From Paraglaciecola sp. (GTDB taxonomy: Bacteria > Pseudomonadota > Gammaproteobacteria > Enterobacterales > Alteromonadaceae): a stretch of 38,974 bases of DNA. The notes beneath the pieces were generated by a model. It saw only the letters and a program-made list of their open reading frames with translations, had not been told where the DNA came from and made no database searches. Positions 30,268 to 38,147 of the stretch are shown here, one piece after another. The first letter of the stretch is position 1. Each line of letters starts with the position of its first letter. The position numbers and the translations under genes were made by a program. Location of the stretch: positions 1-38,974 of the forward strand of contig JBLHNW010000001.1 of NCBI GenBank assembly GCA_047622205.1. Direction: 5' to 3'.

Positions 30268-30741
30268 ATGATTAAAATAGGCGATACCTTACCCCAAGTG
30301 ACCTTTAGTTTGCGTCAGAATGGTAAAAACACGAATCCAACTACAGCGGATATTTTTACAGGTAAAAAAGTTGTGTTATTTGCTGTACCAGGCGCCTACA
30401 CCCCTACCTGTTCCAATGCTCATTTGCCCGGTTATATCGCTCTGGCTGACGAATTTGCCAACAAAGATATAGATAGCATAATTTGTTTATCGGTCAACGA
30501 TGCATTTGTTATGGAGGCATGGGGGCAAATACAAAACGCCGAACATATTATGATGTTGGCTGACGGCGGTGCAGAGTTTACCCGGGCGATTGGTTTGGAC
30601 AAAGAAACGGGTACGTTTGGTGGAGTACGTTCAACTCGTTATGCGATATTGGTTGAAGATACTGTGGTGAAAGCACTGAACGTAGAACAGCCAGGTAAAT
30701 TCGAAGTGAGCGATGCACAAACAATGTTGGCTACACTGTAA
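30268..30741 (+). CDS. Prx5-subfamily peroxiredoxin
   Basis: VVLFAVPGAYTPTCSNAHLPGY, SVNDAFVMEAW, RSTRYA; GGAG RBS before ATG 30268. Confidence 0.93.
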   Translation: MIKIGDTLPQVTFSLRQNGKNTNPTTADIFTGKKVVLFAVPGAYTPTCSNAHLPGYIALADEFANKDIDSIICLSVNDAFVMEAWGQIQNAEHIMMLADGGAEFTRAIGLDKETGTFGGVRSTRYAILVEDTVVKALNVEQPGKFEVSDAQTMLATL

Positions 30742-30830
30742 TGTCACACTTTACTGGACATTTTCCTCAACATTATCGGATCTCAATTTTCGGTGGCTTT
30801 TTAAAAATTTGAGACAGGTAGGAGCAAGAC

Positions 30831-30957
30831 GTGATGTTTACACCTGAGCTTTTTCTAGCGCCTCGTTATTATGCAAAAACTTGAACGTGTGACGAAGATT
30901 TTAGCCGCCATATTGATCGGTGCAGGGTTAAAGCATAACGGTAGAGGGTATCAATAG
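30831..30957 (+). pseudogene. Internally deleted relic of a LysE/RhtB translocator gene
   Basis: AGGAG RBS and MMFTPELFLA (LysE-like start) joined across a frameshift to IMQKLERVT..AILIGAGLK (LysE-like C-terminal helix). Confidence 0.5.
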
Positions 30958-30980
30958 CTCAGTAGCTTAAGTTGATTATC

Positions 30981-31106
30981 TTTACCCAAATCATTGGAAT
31001 TGAATGGAAGCGACAAATGAATGAGACCCCGTGAGCTTGGTCCGCTAAGTGAATGGGGCGATTGAGTGTAGCCAACAATCATGCAGTTTCAAGGATGAAG
31101 GGTATA
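30981..31106 (+). repeat. Full-length ERIC element (126 bp)
   Basis: TTTACCCAAATCATTGGAATTG...CCCCGTGAGCTT...AAGTGAATGGGG...GCCAAC...GCAGTTTCAAGGATGAAGGGTATA is collinear with the 127-bp ERIC consensus. Confidence 0.88.
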
Positions 31107-31116
31107 AATGAAAAAC

Positions 31117-31130
31117 GTGACTTCTGTCAC
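31117..31130. promoter_or_regulatory. Palindromic operator candidate
   Basis: GTGAC-TTCT-GTCAC, 70 bp upstream of the ABC operon and just upstream of TTGACG. Confidence 0.4.
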
Positions 31131-31199
31131 ATGTAATTGACGTTATATGGCTCTAACATGGCATTTGTTCCTGTTAGTAGTTCAGCAATTACATAAGAG

Positions 31200-32141
31200 A
31201 TGGTCACCATGAAAAGCGAAAGCGAAAGCGAAAGCAAAGACGTTATAGCGACTCTTAGAAACGTGTCGAAGTCGTATTCTGGATCGTTAGCACTAAATAA
31301 TATTTCCTTAGACATTAAGCGAGGCGAGGTGCTGGCAATCCTCGGCGCTAATGGCGCAGGTAAAACCACTCTTATTAATGTCATGCTTGGCAGACTCGCT
31401 ATTCAAGCTGGTGAGGTGCAGCTTTTTTCGTCTGAGCCCGGATCCATAGCGGTCAAACGCAATACTGGGGCAATGTTACAAGTAGCCAGCTTTCCCGAAA
31501 CATTAAAAATTAAAGAACATATTCAATTATTCCAAAGTTACTACCCATGCCCGATGGATTATCAGCAAGTGCTGGCATATTCGGGTTTGGAGAACATGCA
31601 AAACAGATATTCCCGAAAGTTGTCAGGTGGTGAGAAACAACGGCTATTATTTGCCTTGAGTATTTGCGGTAACCCTAAACTATTGTTTTTGGATGAACCA
31701 AGTGCAGGCATGGATTTAGAATCAAGGCAGCGACTATGGCAGGCGGTTGGTGATTTGAAAAAAGCGGGCGCAAGCATTGTGCTGACTACACACTATATGC
31801 AGGAAGCTGAACATCTGGCCGATCGCATTTTGGTGCTCAATCAAGGTCAGATCGTCAAACAAGGAAGTAGCGAAGAAATCAAAGCAAGTGTTGATCATAA
31901 AATTCTGCGATTTATTAGCAAGGTTAAATCGCAGGTACTTTGCAAACTGCCAGACGTGGTAAATGTTGAAATCAGTGGAAAATATTCGATTGTCCAGTCC
32001 CGGCATCCAGTCAACACCCTACATGCCCTATTTAAGCTCACCCTCGATATCTATGATTTAAGTATTTCGGGTGCCGACCTGGAGGATGCCATTATCCAAC
32101 TCAATGCAAGCCAACTAAACCGCAAAGCGGTTGGAGAATAA
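31200..32141 (+). CDS. ABC-2 exporter ATP-binding subunit (YvfR-like)
   Basis: Walker A GANGAGKTT, LSGGEKQR, LLFLDEP, LTTH. Confidence 0.93.
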   Translation: MVTMKSESESESKDVIATLRNVSKSYSGSLALNNISLDIKRGEVLAILGANGAGKTTLINVMLGRLAIQAGEVQLFSSEPGSIAVKRNTGAMLQVASFPETLKIKEHIQLFQSYYPCPMDYQQVLAYSGLENMQNRYSRKLSGGEKQRLLFALSICGNPKLLFLDEPSAGMDLESRQRLWQAVGDLKKAGASIVLTTHYMQEAEHLADRILVLNQGQIVKQGSSEEIKASVDHKILRFISKVKSQVLCKLPDVVNVEISGKYSIVQSRHPVNTLHALFKLTLDIYDLSISGADLEDAIIQLNASQLNRKAVGE

Positions 32142-32142
32142 G

Positions 32143-32913
32143 ATGGATAATGTACAAACCATGAGTTTAGGACGCATGTTTAATTTGTATCGCACTGAGG
32201 CAAAATATGAACTCCTTAAAACCCTGCGCTCCCCATCTTTTGCGATCCCAGCAATACTGTTTCCGGTAATGTTTTATCTTTTCTTTGGCGTTATTTTTAA
32301 TCATGGAAATGTGCAGGCGGCCACTTATATGCTTGCAACCTACGGGACCTTTGGCGTAATTGGGCCGGCCCTATTTACCTTTGGTGTGGGTTTGGCAGTG
32401 GAACGCGGGCAGGGCTGGTTAGATATTAAAGAAGCCTCTCCCATGCCACCCAGTGCTCAAATACTAGCGCGAATTTTGGTCGCCATGCTGTTTTCACTAA
32501 TCATAATATTGAGTTTGTTTTTGCTTGCCTGGAGTCTGGCAAATGTGCAATTAGCCCTATGGCAGTGGCTAACGCTCGCAACCGTGTTGGTGTTCGGGGG
32601 ACTGCCTTTTTGCGTATTTGGTTTAACACTTGGTTTAGTGCTGAAATCCAATGCTGCTCCGGCAGTTGTTAATTTGATCTATTTGCCCGTGTCGTTTTTC
32701 TCAGGTTTATGGATACCCATTTCAATGTTTCCTGAGATTATGCAAACTATTGCCTGGTTTCTGCCACCACATCACTTGGCCCAATTGGCTTTGAGTATTA
32801 TGGGACACGCGCCGAGCACCGACGTGTGGCAACATATTTTGGTGCTCTTGGTTTTCAGCGTAGTGTTTTTTATTTTGGCACTGATTGCATATCGTAAGAA
32901 AGACAAACAATAA
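32143..32913 (+). CDS. ABC-2 exporter permease (YvfS-like)
   Basis: Six TM segments; FPVMFYLFFG, ERGQGW...ASPMP, YLPVSFFSGLWIP, LPPHHL; GGAG RBS before ATG 32143. Confidence 0.92.
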   Translation: MDNVQTMSLGRMFNLYRTEAKYELLKTLRSPSFAIPAILFPVMFYLFFGVIFNHGNVQAATYMLATYGTFGVIGPALFTFGVGLAVERGQGWLDIKEASPMPPSAQILARILVAMLFSLIIILSLFLLAWSLANVQLALWQWLTLATVLVFGGLPFCVFGLTLGLVLKSNAAPAVVNLIYLPVSFFSGLWIPISMFPEIMQTIAWFLPPHHLAQLALSIMGHAPSTDVWQHILVLLVFSVVFFILALIAYRKKDKQ

Positions 32914-32935
32914 GATCACATATATATTGTCAATA

Positions 32936-33017
32936 TATACCCGTCATCCTTGAAACTGCTTGTTTGTTGGCTACACTCATTCGCCGCCGCCATGCAATTC
33001 CAATGATTTTAGGTATA
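32936..33017 (-). repeat. Internally deleted ERIC element (82 bp), inverted relative to the copy at 30981
   Basis: Reverse complement TATACCTAAAATCATTGGAATTGCATGGCGGCGGCGAATGAGTGTAGCCAACAAACAAGCAGTTTCAAGGATGACGGGTATA shares both arms with the first copy and lacks the central hairpin. Confidence 0.88.
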
Positions 33018-33021
33018 TAGG

Positions 33022-33246
33022 GCTCCAGAATCTACTGATGGGTTTTCGTGGGTTTCGTTGTTAGTAGGCGCTTACTTTAATGCCAAAAATCTTGCGTCTC
33101 TAAGCCTTAAAGGCACAGCAGCTGAGAAGCGTCGAGCCAAAGTGCCTGGTGAAGAAAAACAAAAAAATCACTTAACTGGCGGGCATTTGAGTCTAACAAT
33201 CATCAGGAAGCTGTTAGAATTAGTCACCAAAATAATGGCTCGTTAA
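33022..33246 (+). pseudogene. Possible eroded C-terminal relic of a NarL/DesR-type response regulator
   Basis: Across frameshifts: APES..., KILRL, SLKGTAAEK..AKV...KNHLT, ESNNHQEAVRISHQNNG, resembling the LuxR HTH end (L-x-x-G...KNHL...N-R-x-EAVRIA-x-x-GW). Confidence 0.4.
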
Positions 33247-33272
33247 ACCGCGTATCTAAAAGAGTATTCGTT

Positions 33273-34460
33273 CTGAACATAAAACAAGTTGATGTGATTG
33301 TACTGGGGGCCGGCGCAGCTGGATTATTCTGTGCCGCCCAGGCAGGTAAACGGGGACGCTCAGTAGCTGTGCTCGACCATGCCAAACGTATTGGCGGGAA
33401 AATTCTAATGTCGGGCGGCGGACGCTGTAACTTCACTAATATGTATAGTAGTCACGAAAACTTCTTATGCAGTAACCCGCACTTTACCAAATCAGCCCTA
33501 AGTCGCTACACTCAATGGGATTTTGTTGGGTTGGTCAGCGAATACGGCATTGCCTACCACGAGAAAAGTCTGGGTCAGTTATTTTGTGATGAAAGCGCCA
33601 AAGATATTCTTAATATGCTTTTATCAGAATGTGAAAAAGCAGGCGCGACAGTCAGCAGTCAATGTGAAGTATTGGCTATTGAGAAAACCTCAAATGGCTT
33701 TGCACTAGAAACGAGTAAAGGCCAATACCAGTGCGAATCCTTAGTCATAGCAACCGGCGGATTGTCGATACCCAAACTCGGTGCCAGCCCGTTTGGGTAT
33801 AAGGTAGCCGAGCAATTTGGTTTAACAGTATTGCCCACGCGGGCGGGCTTGGTGCCTTTTACTTTGCACGATAAAGACAAAGCCGTATTGGCTGAACTCA
33901 GCGGTATTTCCATCGATGCCAGCGCAGAGTGCAACAATACTGTCTTTAACGAAAATATCCTGTTTACCCACCGTGGATTAAGTGGTCCGGCAGTGTTACA
34001 AATATCTTCGTTCTGGCAACCGGGACAAGAAGTAGAGTTCAATCTTTTTCCCAAAGGTGATTTAGCTGAAGAACTCACTCAGGCCCAACAACAAAGTCCA
34101 GACACACAACTCTCAACAGTGCTTAGTAAGTACTACTCAAAACGTTTTGTTCAAACCGCCATTGAGTATTTTGGGCTTAATAACAAGCCAATGAAACAAT
34201 ACCAGGGAAAGCAGCTAGAACAAGTGGCGCAGGCGTTCGAAGCGTGGCACTTACAACCCAACGGCACAGAAGGTTACCGCACCGCAGAAGTCACACTTGG
34301 TGGCGTAGATACCAATCAACTTTCTTCCAAAACCATGATGGCAAAAGACGTCGATGGCTTATATTTTATTGGCGAAGTGGTTGATGTTAGTGGTTGGCTT
34401 GGGGGTTATAACTTTCAATGGGCCTGGAGTTCAGGGTGGGTGGCGGGGCAGGATGTTTGA
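33273..34460 (+). CDS. HI0933/YhiN (BaiN-like) flavoprotein
   Basis: DVIVLGAGAAG, GGKILMSGGGRCNFTN, IATGGLS, LFTHRGLSGPAVLQ, AEVTLGGV, GEVVDVSGWLGGYNFQWAWSSG. First standard start is GTG 33294; CTG 33273 is proposed. Confidence 0.9.
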   Translation: MNIKQVDVIVLGAGAAGLFCAAQAGKRGRSVAVLDHAKRIGGKILMSGGGRCNFTNMYSSHENFLCSNPHFTKSALSRYTQWDFVGLVSEYGIAYHEKSLGQLFCDESAKDILNMLLSECEKAGATVSSQCEVLAIEKTSNGFALETSKGQYQCESLVIATGGLSIPKLGASPFGYKVAEQFGLTVLPTRAGLVPFTLHDKDKAVLAELSGISIDASAECNNTVFNENILFTHRGLSGPAVLQISSFWQPGQEVEFNLFPKGDLAEELTQAQQQSPDTQLSTVLSKYYSKRFVQTAIEYFGLNNKPMKQYQGKQLEQVAQAFEAWHLQPNGTEGYRTAEVTLGGVDTNQLSSKTMMAKDVDGLYFIGEVVDVSGWLGGYNFQWAWSSGWVAGQDV

Positions 34461-34590
34461 TGTATTTTTGGAGTTAAAACTAAGACATTTGAATATGTTG
34501 CGAGGCTGTTATACTTGCATTATTAGTGCTACCAGCAATTTATGACTTAGTGGGATTACTCGCACTAAAAACTATCCCGAGTGATGACAA

Positions 34591-35304
34591 ATGATAAAAC
34601 TCGCACGTAAATACCATAAGTGGTTCATGGCCTTTTTGGGAATTCAGTTTCTTTTTTGGTCTATTACTGGTTTGTATATGGTGAGCATGGATATACACCA
34701 TATACACGGTGAGGGGCTGCAAAAGCCCTCGAGTGAAGTGCTGGAACTTGGAAAAGTCACTTACCCAATCGCAAGTTTGTCACAGCGATACCCAAGGGCA
34801 GAGAATATTTCCATTGTCAAACTACTTAGACGGCAAGTCTATCAATTTGAGGTTACTGAACCACATAAAAAATGGCTCTTAATAGACGCTAATTCCGGGC
34901 AGCTAATGCCGGAAATCGAACAAGAGGTGGCGGTAAATATTGCACGATACCATTATAGTAAAGAGCACAAGATTGCTGATGTTATACTGATTGATAGTAA
35001 AATATTTCTCCCGTCAGAATTATCACCCAGGTACCTTCCTGTATGGCAAGTCACATTCGATCATTTTTCTTCGCCAACTTTTTATATCAGTCAACAAACA
35101 GGGCAAATAGTGACCAAGCGACACAACTATTGGCGACTATTTGACTGGATGTGGCGATTCCACATTATGGATTACGACGATGGCGAAAATGTATCAAACT
35201 GGTTCTTACTGTTAGTCGCTTTATTGGGGGTTTTTTCCGCCTTAGCGGGCGGTATTCTTAGCTATTTTCGTATTGTTAAACCTAATTATGGTGTGCGAAA
35301 ATAA
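34591..35304 (+). CDS. PepSY-associated TM protein (2 TM, periplasmic PepSY domains)
   Basis: RKYHKW-TM1 (WSITGLYM), PepSY-like repeats (IDANSG, YISQQTG), WRLFDWMWRFHIMDY-TM2. Confidence 0.85.
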   Translation: MIKLARKYHKWFMAFLGIQFLFWSITGLYMVSMDIHHIHGEGLQKPSSEVLELGKVTYPIASLSQRYPRAENISIVKLLRRQVYQFEVTEPHKKWLLIDANSGQLMPEIEQEVAVNIARYHYSKEHKIADVILIDSKIFLPSELSPRYLPVWQVTFDHFSSPTFYISQQTGQIVTKRHNYWRLFDWMWRFHIMDYDDGENVSNWFLLLVALLGVFSALAGGILSYFRIVKPNYGVRK

Positions 35305-37151
35305 TGACTAAGTCACAATTAAATAAAAAGGTTCACAAGTGGCTCTCTTTATTCGTTGGTATCCAGCTGATCATTTGGTTAAGTACAGGCCTTTATTTCA
35401 ATTTAATGGATCATGAAAAAGCCAGTGGTAATGAAAATCGCCTAAGGGTTCAGCATAAAGCCAATTTGACCGATTTTAAGTTTAAGTCCATCTCTGAACT
35501 AGGCTACAAGAGCCCGAAATCAATCCAGCTCATTTGGATTCTTGGCATGCCTTATTACCAATTGACATACAGCAGCGCGCCACATGGCTACCAGAAACAA
35601 GATCACAATCTAATCGATGTGCAAACAGGTACCTTATATGAAATAGATAAAGGTGCAGCGAAAGAGATTGCTACCCTATCATATCAAGGGAGCGCGGATA
35701 TTCTTCATCCGGAATTGGTTTCTCCCCCAATTTCAGAACTACCTCAACAAGAAAATGATGTTTGGAAAATCAGTGTTGAAGATGACGACAGTACTAATAT
35801 TTATCTCGACGCGTTAACAGGTCGGGTGATTGCACATATTAACGATGACCGTCGTCTACGAGACTTAATGTTTAAACTGCATTTTATGGATTACTTTAAC
35901 AAAGGTAGCTTTAATCATTGGCTTATTATTCTGTTTGCTCTGGGCACCTTAATGCTGTCAGTTACGGGTGCGATTTGGGTAGTTCAGCTCATAAAGTCTA
36001 AACAATTATCGCTGCGAATGATGTTACCTTCATCAAGAGCCCAGAAAAAAATAGCATTATCATATAGACACTACTTGGGCAGTTCCGATATAAGAATAAA
36101 TCCGTGCCAATCAATTTTTGAAGGCTTAGCAGAAGTTAATATATTTTTGCCCTCAAGTTGTGGAGGGGGTGGAACCTGCGGCGAATGCAAGTTTTCAACT
36201 CAGAAAAACCTACCCATCTACGATTCCGACAGACAACACTTGAGTGAACAGGAGCTATCTCAAGGCTATCGACTCAGTTGTCAACACAATGCCTCAGAAG
36301 TTGATGCAATCTTACTCGATGAGACTCTTGATATATCGCAATATGAGCTGGTTGTAGCCAAAACTCATTTTATTACCCCATTTATCAAAGAAATTTCCTT
36401 CACGGTTTCTTCAGGTGAAAAGCTCACGTTTAGAGCAGGGGCTTATATGCGTTTTCATGTCCCTGCAGGTAAAAATAATACCGTACCTGAAACATTACCA
36501 GAACGTTTTGAACAATATTGGCGTGAATATAGTACAGGTGAATTTGAACACCAAGGTGCGATTCGTCATTACTCGTTGGCCAATTACGATACTGAAACAG
36601 ATGCGTTAGTGTTTAATATTCGTTGGCAAACAACTACTGAAAATAATGGTCGAGCGGGCATTGGCTCTGCTTATCTGGGCTCACTTTCCGTAGGAGACAA
36701 AATTAAGGCATCAGGGCCTTTCTCTGATTTTTATGCCCCGCTTCTTTCTAACAATAGCCGGGTGTTTATTGGTGCTGGCTCGGGAATGGCCCCTCTGCGG
36801 TCTATTGCTTTGGAGCAGCTTGATAAAAAAACAGGTGAAAATAAAACCCTCTTTATTTTTGGTGCTCGAACTGAGGATGATTTGTTATATAGAAATGAAC
36901 TAGAAACGCTGAGCCAGCAATATACTTTTTTTGATTATATCCCCGTACTCTCCAAACCCAGCGAGCAGTGGCTTGGGTGCAAGGGATATGTGCAGGATAT
37001 TCTTGCCGAATATCTAGAATCCAGACTTTCATTAACTACTACCGAGTTTTACTTATGCGGACCAACGGCCATGATGGTTGCTGTAGAAAACTTATTGTTA
37101 ATTAGTGGAGTGAAACCTTCCCTCATCTTAAAAGATGATTTCAAGCGATAA
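35304..37151 (+). CDS. PepSY-TM protein fused to an NqrF-like 2Fe-2S/FAD/NAD(P)H reductase
   Basis: N-half KVHKW-TM, IDVQTG, YLDALTG, FKLHFMDY-TM; C-half SSCGGGGTCGEC...RLSCQ, RHYSLAN, GIGSAYL, SGPFSDF, GAGSGMAPLRS, FGAR, FYLCGP, terminal DDF. TAATG coupling with the upstream gene. Confidence 0.88.
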   Translation: MTKSQLNKKVHKWLSLFVGIQLIIWLSTGLYFNLMDHEKASGNENRLRVQHKANLTDFKFKSISELGYKSPKSIQLIWILGMPYYQLTYSSAPHGYQKQDHNLIDVQTGTLYEIDKGAAKEIATLSYQGSADILHPELVSPPISELPQQENDVWKISVEDDDSTNIYLDALTGRVIAHINDDRRLRDLMFKLHFMDYFNKGSFNHWLIILFALGTLMLSVTGAIWVVQLIKSKQLSLRMMLPSSRAQKKIALSYRHYLGSSDIRINPCQSIFEGLAEVNIFLPSSCGGGGTCGECKFSTQKNLPIYDSDRQHLSEQELSQGYRLSCQHNASEVDAILLDETLDISQYELVVAKTHFITPFIKEISFTVSSGEKLTFRAGAYMRFHVPAGKNNTVPETLPERFEQYWREYSTGEFEHQGAIRHYSLANYDTETDALVFNIRWQTTTENNGRAGIGSAYLGSLSVGDKIKASGPFSDFYAPLLSNNSRVFIGAGSGMAPLRSIALEQLDKKTGENKTLFIFGARTEDDLLYRNELETLSQQYTFFDYIPVLSKPSEQWLGCKGYVQDILAEYLESRLSLTTTEFYLCGPTAMMVAVENLLLISGVKPSLILKDDFKR

Positions 37152-37582
37152 TGTAAGAGTTTTTATGGAAGTGACATTTAAGACCTTAACCGTTATTGGC
37201 CGTCTTTTTAGCTCAAAAGTATTTGCCTATATAGGGATGAAAACAACAGTCCCAGCCCAGAATGCAATGATGATCTGTCGCTGACGTTTTCGAGCAAACT
37301 CATGCAGTAAAATCGTTCTAAAAGGAAAAAATTGGTAAGAAAATTTATTTTGGATTTAAGCCATCAAAAGAAACGGGCACAGACTTTTCTTGGAAGTTGC
37401 CATAATTGACAACTTCAAACTAACAATAAACAAAGAGTGACAGCAAAATGTTAAGAGAAATTTAAGATTGAATAATTTTTAGAGGTAAAGAATTAATTGC
37501 AGCATAATTCTGGTATTTTGAATAACCAATATGTTGGCTGTATTTTAAATGTGTTTTTGATTTAACTGTATATGTTCGGAGA

Positions 37583-38026
37583 ATGAAAATGATCGTCAAG
37601 TCTATGCTTAGAATAAACCTGTTTGTTGTTTTAGTGAGTTTGTTTTTGTTACCTTCTTTAGTGATGACCGCTAGCGCCCATGGTGACAGTCAAGAAAAAG
37701 TCTATGAGTTACGTACCTATCATACCAACGAAGGGAAAATGCCGGCCTTGCAAGCGAGGTTTCGTGATCACACACACACTATTTTTAAACGTCTGGGAAT
37801 GAAAGTTGCGGCCTATTGGACGCCAACCAAAGATCCCGAGGCAAATAATACACTGATCTACATTATAGAGCATGACAGTGAAGCAGACGCCAAGCAAAAG
37901 TGGCAAACATTTATTACTGATCCTGCATGGGTCAGCGCCTACCAGGCATCCATAAAAAACGGCGCCTTGGTGAAAAGTATTGATGTTGTGTTTATGGAAA
38001 AAACTGATTTTTCGCCAAAACTCTAG
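37583..38026 (+). CDS. Secreted NIPSNAP-family protein
   Basis: Signal peptide ending ASA; VYELRTY...GKM..L..RFRDHT, YW, LIYII, W..F..DPAW, TDFSP; GGAG RBS. Confidence 0.88.
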   Translation: MKMIVKSMLRINLFVVLVSLFLLPSLVMTASAHGDSQEKVYELRTYHTNEGKMPALQARFRDHTHTIFKRLGMKVAAYWTPTKDPEANNTLIYIIEHDSEADAKQKWQTFITDPAWVSAYQASIKNGALVKSIDVVFMEKTDFSPKL

Positions 38027-38115
38027 GAAGGGGTTTAGTCCAGTCTGCTTTTTAAAAAAGCACCGTTGCGGGACAAAGTATTATCTAGGGTTTTGGATTA
38101 CAGCCATGATAATTT

Positions 38116-38139
38116 GCCATGCTCAAGAGTGAGCATGGC
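38116..38139. other. Perfect 10-bp hairpin between convergent genes
   Basis: GCCATGCTCA-AGAG-TGAGCATGGC, 8 nt beyond the methyltransferase stop. No U-tract on either strand, so a stabiliser or pause site is more likely than a classic terminator. Confidence 0.5.
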
Positions 38140-38147
38140 GGTGCACA

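Noticed and set aside
33058-33246. 62-aa ORF as an intact gene or a DesK kinase fragment
   Set aside because: No RBS. LASLSLK..AEK loosely resembles HisKA_3, but there is no H-box and neighbouring frames fit a LuxR HTH better.
35304-37151. Calling the gene nqrF of a Na+-NQR operon
   Set aside because: No nqrA-E nearby, and the N-terminal anchor is replaced by a PepSY-TM module.
37152-37582. Hidden small gene or ncRNA in the long spacer
   Set aside because: A minus-strand frame (..HEFARKRQRQIIIAFW..) has no start codon, and I found no convincing structure.
905-37906. Numerous 60-150 aa ORFs antisense to or nested in annotated genes (e.g. 1329-1724, 12348-12806, 33659-34078)
   Set aside because: Shadow frames of well-supported genes, with no motifs.
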